Shown here piece after piece: positions 57,610 to 64,000 of a stretch of 64,000 nt of DNA. The stretch's first letter is position 1. Each line of letters begins with the position of its first letter. This DNA comes from a virus. Location: positions 1-64,000 of IMG/VR virus record IMGVR_UViG_3300023198_000559. One strand, written 5' to 3'. The notes under the pieces were generated by a model. The model was not told the origin of the DNA. It saw nothing but the letters and a program-made list of their open reading frames with translations, and ran no database searches. Both the position numbers and the translations under genes were made by a program.

Positions 57610-60600
57610 ATGACAAACCCTAAAGACCTTGTTAAAAGTTTAAACGCTGCTGATACTTTACCTGATCCAAAAACACAAACGCCGGAACAGGTTGTAAAAG
57701 AGTTGAATGCTCTTCCGGACTATGGTCCAGGACGAGTATCTCAAGGTAGTGCTATTATAGATTCTACAAAAGGAATTGATCATAGCTTTCTTGATGTAGA
57801 GACTCCATTTGGTATTTCTTTACCTGAACAACGAGCTAAGAACCAAACTACTACAGATAAATGGTTATCTGGTGGTATTAAAGGTTTAAGTACGTTTGTT
57901 ACTGCTACTGGTCAAACAGCAGGAGCTGTAGGTGGTGGTATTGCTGCAACTGCAATGATGGCTTTAGGAAATGATTTTGATTCTGACTTAATGTTTAAGA
58001 ACCCTGTTCTTGACTTTTTTGCTAAGTGGAATGAAACAGTAAAAGAGCGTAACCCTAATTATTACTCTGAAGCAGAAGTGAATGCTTCTGTTATAGCAGG
58101 TATGGGTACAGCTAACTTCTGGTCTGATAAATTTCTAGATGGTGTAGGTTTTATGGCCTCTGCTATTATGACTGGTTATGGGGCTGCTAAGTTTGGAGCA
58201 CAACTAGGTATTAATGTAGCTGGTAAAATAGGTTCCGGGTTTAATACTCTACAAGCTGCATTGGTAGGTAGAACAGGTGAGTCTGCTATTGAAGCTAATG
58301 ATGCGTACGAACAAACACTAGAGAAACTAAAAGCTTCTAGACTCCTAGGAGAACATAATCTTACAGATGAGGAAATAGAAGACAGAGCTAAAGACGCTAG
58401 AGCTGCTACGTTTGGATTTAACATGGCGATAGCAGTAACTGACGCGTATCAATTTGGTAAGATCTTCAAGACTATCGAGGGTCAAGCAGTTAAGAGAAGT
58501 CTGTTTGGTGGTTCTAGAGTAGGACATGCTGCAGAACAAGTACTTATAGAATCTCAAGAAGAGAACTATCAGTTGGCTGTAGCTGACATGGCTATTAATA
58601 TGGCTAATAATGTAACTGCTAAAGGTACGAATGCTAACGCACGAGACTACTTTAATAATGTAGTTGGTGGTATGATGGATAACTTCAGTACTAAAGAAGG
58701 ACAAGAATCAATGTTACTTGGTGGTCTTCTTGGTGGAGGTATGGGTCTAGCAATGCATTCAAATGATCGTACTAAGCAAATGAATAGGAACGTTCCTGAG
58801 GAAATCAAGAAACGTAATAATAAATTAATGTCCGTATTCAATAAGGATGTGGATGCAAATTACTTAGAAAGGCTCGCCGCTACTCAAAATGATGGTATCG
58901 TAGAAGGCCTGGCTAAGAATCTACAGTTAATAAACCTTACTCTATCTAAGATATCAGAAGGTACTTACGACGAGTTCATCACAGAATTAGATGAGATGGC
59001 TAAGCAAACTCCGGAGCAGTTCAAGGAGATTGGTGTTACAGTAACTGCGAAAGATATTAAACAACAACATTCAGATGCTAAAAATCTAATAGAGAACTAC
59101 AAAGCATTATATGACGCTATGGATCCTAAGGTCTTTGACTTGAAACAAGATAACGCGTATGAAGCTATTAAGGCTAATCTATTCTATGTTACTGCTGCAC
59201 GTAATGACATCAGAACACAGTTACAACAAGTAGGCCCTTATGTAGCTGCTGTAAATGTAGCTTTAAAAGTTGAGCCTGAATTAGCCATGGACGAACCTTT
59301 TCAAGTAGGTAAAGACCAGGTAATCCCACAGAAGGTAATAGAAGCTCAAGAGAAATTAGTAGAGAACAGAGATGCTCTTACTAAATATATTAATAGAGTT
59401 AAGACCGGTAAGAAATTACAGAAAGAAATAGTTGATGCGTATAACCAAGCACAAGAGGTTCCAACTCCTGTTCCTACGCCAAAGCCTAAAGCAGACCCTG
59501 AAATAGGGAGTATCCAAAAAGTTGGTAAAGAAGGAGTTCCTTCTAAGAATATCCCTTTCACAAAAGCTGTTCAGCTTGAGGATGGTTCTACTAATTATAC
59601 TATAACTGACACTGAAGGTTTAGAGACTATTATCAATGACCAAAAAGATAGCTACACCTTAGTTGGTTACAAAGGAGAATTCAGAGGTGAACGCCAGGAG
59701 TTAAACAATAACGAAAGGTATAACTTCCTGCAAGTATTCGAAAACTTTGTCTCAGAAGAAGATCTTAGTAGACTCCAAGAAATTCTATCTTTCCCTAACT
59801 GGAAAGAGAATATTCGTATTACCGCGAATAAGCAAAATACAGGTAACGTTCTAGAAAGGATTAAAAACTTCATTGCCCAAAAAGGCACAACTACAGATAT
59901 AGACAATGTTTATAGAACTGCAGTAGTAGGAGATAATCCCATGTACTTAGTTCCTTCATCTTTCATTCAAATTGAAATGCAGATTAAAGATAAGGATGGC
60001 AACTGGACTCGCATGGGACACCCTGGAGCAGACCCTTTCAAGTGGAGAGATAAAAATGGTGTTGCATTGAACTTCTCTAGTATGACACTAGAAGAATTTA
60101 AAGACAAATTTGTATTCAAACAAGGTACAGCCACTGCAGGAGTTTTAATAGAGCCTACACAAGCTAGTCTTGAACAACTTCAGAGAGAGCAAAAGGAATC
60201 TATTAAGGTTTATAATGCTATTAATGACTGGTACGAAAAGAATGGTTTCTCAGATTTACGAGAGATTCCAGAAGGTTTCGTAAAAATGTTTACACGCAAG
60301 ATGGGATTTGCTTTCACCAAAGTAGGTGAATGGACTAAGGCTAAAGACTTTGAGTTAGACGAAGGTATTACTAGTATTCTAAGAGATAATAATGAGAATT
60401 ATGTTATCATTGATATGAATACCGGTAGAAGTATTGTAGATGGTAAGAAGTATGACGTACCTGCTCACATTAGAAAAGAGCTGGGTAATACTCGTTACAT
60501 TACTAAAGTAAACCATCCAACAATCGATGACCTTTATATCAAAGCAGCACCTGGACAATTAGATGGCCAGGACGCTCGAGACTTCATTGAGCAACTTACT

Positions 60601-63600
60601 AAAGTAAGAGAGAATCCTACACAGGATGGTGCTGACGCATTAAACGAAATTCTATATGTAGCTTATCAAGGCAACTGGAACTTTAAGTTTGATGTGCATA
60701 CAATCAAAGGAACGAAGACTCCTAAGTTAGTGGTGGACGTATTTAATGACCAGTTAGGAGAATCCTATAAGAATATTGCCCTTCCTATTAATATAAGTTC
60801 TCTTGGAACACTTCAAAGTCTTATTGAAGATGGAACGGATGGAGCTATTACTTTAGGGCGATTCGCTTTCAAGAAGCATATTGCGAAAGATAAACTTACC
60901 AACGAAGAGGTTGAGAGGAAATTCACATTTAATACTACACCGGAAATTGTTAACGGGATTAATATTCAGTTTAAATTCAATGAACAAGCTCCAGTAGAAT
61001 CTGTAACTAAAACTCCTGCAAAGGATGTTTATGATGATACAGAGAGAGGTGACTTTGTACGTGCAAAAGCTAAAGTAGAAACAGAAGATAAAGCTAAAGC
61101 TCAAACTGCTGTTGGAAAGAAAGGTAATAATGGTCCAGTCTTCAAACAATCTACAGAAAAAGCTAGTGAGGTAATTCATTACAACCAGGCTTTAAAATGG
61201 TTAGAAAAGATTCTACCTAAAGGTATCTCAGTAGCAGATATGGCTACAGTTACAGAGAACTTAGAGACTCAAGGATATACCTGGGGAATGTTCGCTAACA
61301 AAGTTATTTATCTATCTACACAGGCACAGCAAGGAACTGAAGCTCACGAGGCTTTCCACGCTATCTTTAGAATAATGCTTACAGAAGGCGAACGTGCTAA
61401 GTTATATACTATAGCTCAAGCTAAGTGGGGGAAAGGAAAAACTCCTCTTTTCTACGAAGAGAAAATGGCTGACGAATTCATGGCCTGGAAGAATGCTAGG
61501 AATCGTAGAGTATCAGGTGTATTACAGTCCTTCTTTAATAAAATTACACAGTTTGCTAAGTTCATTACCGGTAGAGAATCTGAACTAGAAAGACTCTTCA
61601 GAAAGATTGATACTGGAGCCTTTACTAATAAGGAACTCCTTAATCATCAAACACATGTATACGATGCTCCGGTATACAAATTACTTAACGGAGGAGATCA
61701 CTATAAGATGAGTGTAGTAAAGAGTGAGAACATTCTTTACAGTACAGCTGCTTATGTACTTGAGCAACTAAACAACAAGATGGAATATACCAACATCCCT
61801 AATGCAGTTAAGAAACTCACTACAGACTATATGTTTGCACAGAGTACTAACTATGACATTGACATGGATGTTAATAAAGAAATTATCGCCGCTTCTGATG
61901 ATAAGTACATCAAAGAGAAAATGGCGGAACTAGAAGCTATCTATCAGAATCAAGAAAACATTGACTTGGTTGTAGCTGAAGTACTTAAACTTGTACGTAC
62001 ATATGAAATTCGTTCTATCGATACTATCATAGACGAACAAGATGACACTGAAGAATCCTTCAAAGCTTTTGATATCCATCAAGGTGAGCACGGAGGTTGG
62101 GCCAATGTAGCTAAAGAGATTAAGCAGTTTATTGCTTTGACTACCTACAATACCCTGGATGAGTTTAATAAACACATTACTAAGTCAATTGATTTTGTTT
62201 TAGTCTATGGTGCACTTCAAAGAAGACTTGCTGGTAAGAGTAGAGCTCAACAATTATTATCCTTCGAGTCATTCGCTCGTACAGACCAGCAGGTCAATGC
62301 ACTATGGAATAAGTTCTTAGTTGAAACCGGGTATGACCCAACAACTGGAACTAAGACTAATGAGATGATGTTCAACAGATTCTTGAACACCTTTGAATTA
62401 GAGAGTATGGACTACATGCAGTCTCTAAGAGTAAAGGACAAGGATGGTAGTCTTAAGCTGATTAATATGTCAGCTAATAGAGCTAACGCTGAAGTTATTC
62501 ATTTCGAGAATTGGGAAAGAAAAGCTAGTGAATACAATATCTTTGCAGACCAAAGTAAGAAAGACGATTTAGCAGAAGAATTAATCTTTGACGCAGCTGT
62601 TGGATTTGGAGTAGATACTTCAGGTGTAAACAAGCAAAACTCAATGGAGTTCTTTGAAGAGCACATACGTCAAATTATAAGTACGTTTGGAAAACTGGGT
62701 ATTGACTTATCTGAAGGTTATGTTTTAGAGTCTCTTGAAGAGGTTCATAATATTGGAACTAAACTCGAAGGAGTTGACTCTGATAGACAATACAGAATGT
62801 TAGAAGAGCAAGACCTTCTTGAAATTGCAAATCTTCTTAAAAAGGGAGACAATATCTTTGCTCAAAAAATAGATAAGGATGGAAACATACTTGAGAAGAC
62901 AGGTGCTCGTGGTCGATTAATAGCTATGGCCTCTGGAGATATTCACTATCGTACAGATATCTATGATGCTAACTTCCAGGATGCTGAGAACAAGTCACGT
63001 TACGCATTCGTATATCCTTCTTATATTCTAACTAAGATTAGAGACAAACACAATATTACTGAAGCGGAACTTCAAGAATTAAAAGAAGATCCATATTTCA
63101 AATACAATCCTTTAGTACAGTCTGCTAAATCTGCGGATTGGTTCCTAAACCTTAAAGCAGCATTCACTGGAGATTACAGGGATACTGTCGAAGATAAGGA
63201 TGGAAAGACTTTCAAAAGTACCACTCCGAAAGACTTGCTATTATCGTGGTATGGGTTGTACAATAAGAATAAAGAGTATTCATATTATACTCCAATGATT
63301 TATGAAGCCAAGTCAACTTCTATTTCTGTCAATCTACCTAATAATGTAAATGATGGCAAAAGTTGGGTGGACAAGAAAGGTGAGGTAACTAATGAGACAA
63401 TCAAGTATTTCATTAATACAATGTTCATGCAGGAGCATGCTCGTATTAAGGGCGATACCGGGATTACATTCATTGAACGTAAGAAGAACCCATGGGTAAC
63501 TCTTCCGTATTTTAATGGCCTAAAGAACAAGGGAAACTATATTACTGAATACTCTCAACAAGACATCATCGATAATAAAGATGGTGTAAGAATAACTATT

Positions 63601-64000
63601 GGTAATGCAATCAAAGAAAACCTTAATACTGAAATCACAGCTCACCAAACTGAGTTGATGAAGTATGGTATCATTACTAATGATAAGGAGAATAAACTTT
63701 TAGACTCTGACATAGAGAACATAACTGAGTACACAGCTGATTACTATATCAACGACTTAGTTAACTCAACTGCTATCTCACAAATTATCCAGGGAGACCT
63801 GGCCAAGGCTAAGAATCCTTTCGATAGGGTTAAGCGTAATGGTGGTGAACTAGCATATGGTACTCACTTTGGTGAAGGTACTTATAAGGTTGTATACAAG
63901 ACTGAGGATAAGAGAAAGTCCGATGGCATAGACAGAGACGACGCTCAGGTGTACGTAAGTATGAAGAGACGTATAGAGCAACTTGACAGACTTGGACGTC
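57610..64000 (+). CDS. giant virion-associated RNA polymerase polyprotein (3' end beyond window)
   Basis: Frame from ATG 57610 apparently open to the edge (>2100 aa; absent from the ORF track, consistent with no stop); in-frame zincin HEAFH at 61345; VKRNGG...DDAQVY near the end resembles the start of a crAss RNAP domain. Confidence 0.8.
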   Translation, partial: MTNPKDLVKSLNAADTLPDPKTQTPEQVVKELNALPDYGPGRVSQGSAIIDSTKGIDHSFLDVETPFGISLPEQRAKNQTTTDKWLSGGIKGLSTFVTATGQTAGAVGGGIAATAMMALGNDFDSDLMFKNPVLDFFAKWNETVKERNPNYYSEAEVNASVIAGMGTANFWSDKFLDGVGFMASAIMTGYGAAKFGAQLGINVAGKIGSGFNTLQAALVGRTGESAIEANDAYEQTLEKLKASRLLGEHNLTDEEIEDRAKDARAATFGFNMAIAVTDAYQFGKIFKTIEGQAVKRSLFGGSRVGHAAEQVLIESQEENYQLAVADMAINMANNVTAKGTNANARDYFNNVVGGMMDNFSTKEGQESMLLGGLLGGGMGLAMHSNDRTKQMNRNVPEEIKKRNNKLMSVFNKDVDANYLERLAATQNDGIVEGLAKNLQLINLTLSKISEGTYDEFITELDEMAKQTPEQFKEIGVTVTAKDIKQQHSDAKNLIENYKALYDAMDPKVFDLKQDNAYEAIKANLFYVTAARNDIRTQLQQVGPYVAAVNVALKVEPELAMDEPFQVGKDQVIPQKVIEAQEKLVENRDALTKYINRVKTGKKLQKEIVDAYNQAQEVPTPVPTPKPKADPEIGSIQKVGKEGVPSKNIPFTKAVQLEDGSTNYTITDTEGLETIINDQKDSYTLVGYKGEFRGERQELNNNERYNFLQVFENFVSEEDLSRLQEILSFPNWKENIRITANKQNTGNVLERIKNFIAQKGTTTDIDNVYRTAVVGDNPMYLVPSSFIQIEMQIKDKDGNWTRMGHPGADPFKWRDKNGVALNFSSMTLEEFKDKFVFKQGTATAGVLIEPTQASLEQLQREQKESIKVYNAINDWYEKNGFSDLREIPEGFVKMFTRKMGFAFTKVGEWTKAKDFELDEGITSILRDNNENYVIIDMNTGRSIVDGKKYDVPAHIRKELGNTRYITKVNHPTIDDLYIKAAPGQLDGQDARDFIEQLTKVRENPTQDGADALNEILYVAYQGNWNFKFDVHTIKGTKTPKLVVDVFNDQLGESYKNIALPINISSLGTLQSLIEDGTDGAITLGRFAFKKHIAKDKLTNEEVERKFTFNTTPEIVNGINIQFKFNEQAPVESVTKTPAKDVYDDTERGDFVRAKAKVETEDKAKAQTAVGKKGNNGPVFKQSTEKASEVIHYNQALKWLEKILPKGISVADMATVTENLETQGYTWGMFANKVIYLSTQAQQGTEAHEAFHAIFRIMLTEGERAKLYTIAQAKWGKGKTPLFYEEKMADEFMAWKNARNRRVSGVLQSFFNKITQFAKFITGRESELERLFRKIDTGAFTNKELLNHQTHVYDAPVYKLLNGGDHYKMSVVKSENILYSTAAYVLEQLNNKMEYTNIPNAVKKLTTDYMFAQSTNYDIDMDVNKEIIAASDDKYIKEKMAELEAIYQNQENIDLVVAEVLKLVRTYEIRSIDTIIDEQDDTEESFKAFDIHQGEHGGWANVAKEIKQFIALTTYNTLDEFNKHITKSIDFVLVYGALQRRLAGKSRAQQLLSFESFARTDQQVNALWNKFLVETGYDPTTGTKTNEMMFNRFLNTFELESMDYMQSLRVKDKDGSLKLINMSANRANAEVIHFENWERKASEYNIFADQSKKDDLAEELIFDAAVGFGVDTSGVNKQNSMEFFEEHIRQIISTFGKLGIDLSEGYVLESLEEVHNIGTKLEGVDSDRQYRMLEEQDLLEIANLLKKGDNIFAQKIDKDGNILEKTGARGRLIAMASGDIHYRTDIYDANFQDAENKSRYAFVYPSYILTKIRDKHNITEAELQELKEDPYFKYNPLVQSAKSADWFLNLKAAFTGDYRDTVEDKDGKTFKSTTPKDLLLSWYGLYNKNKEYSYYTPMIYEAKSTSISVNLPNNVNDGKSWVDKKGEVTNETIKYFINTMFMQEHARIKGDTGITFIERKKNPWVTLPYFNGLKNKGNYITEYSQQDIIDNKDGVRITIGNAIKENLNTEITAHQTELMKYGIITNDKENKLLDSDIENITEYTADYYINDLVNSTAISQIIQGDLAKAKNPFDRVKRNGGELAYGTHFGEGTYKVVYKTEDKRKSDGIDRDDAQVYVSMKRRIEQLDRLGR

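Noticed and set aside
54217-63530. Short minus-strand ORFs within cargo and RNAP genes (and equivalent antisense ORFs elsewhere)
   Set aside because: They are antisense shadows of long genes, with no motifs or leaders.
1-64000. Stop-codon reassignment (TAG/TGA), as seen in some crAss-like phages
   Set aside because: Core genes are intact in code 11, TAG and TGA end genes (e.g. the major capsid gene ends in TAG), and no suppressor tRNA was found.

Overview
This is a fragment of a crAss-like (Crassvirales-type) dsDNA phage that uses the standard genetic code. The host is very probably a Bacteroidota: there are TTTG-N19-20-TAnnTTTG promoters and the tmRNA tag starts with GE. Two arms diverge at a repeat-rich non-coding switch (~31.9-32.7 kb). 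The minus-strand arm carries small early genes, a ~1.5-kb ORF-free island of structured RNAs and a tmRNA. It also holds the replication/metabolism module (PolA, DnaB-like helicase, AAA ATPase, SSB-like protein, primase, rIIA/rIIB, resolvase, class II RNR, phosphoesterase, dNMP kinase) and an array of 14 tRNAs plus tRNA-like RNAs. The plus-strand arm carries terminase, portal, major capsid, ring/muzzle and cargo proteins, and the start of a giant virion RNA polymerase that runs off the window. Top finding: the tRNA array sits behind a ribosome-coupled attenuator (5240-5360). Its 20-codon leader peptide (MKNWCINIARTFKGAVDMAT) contains a codon for each of the 13 tRNAs downstream and, apart from one Cys codon, for no other amino acid. 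This looks like a sensor that switches on phage tRNAs when any matching host tRNA is depleted or cleaved. All calls were made by eye, with no database searches.
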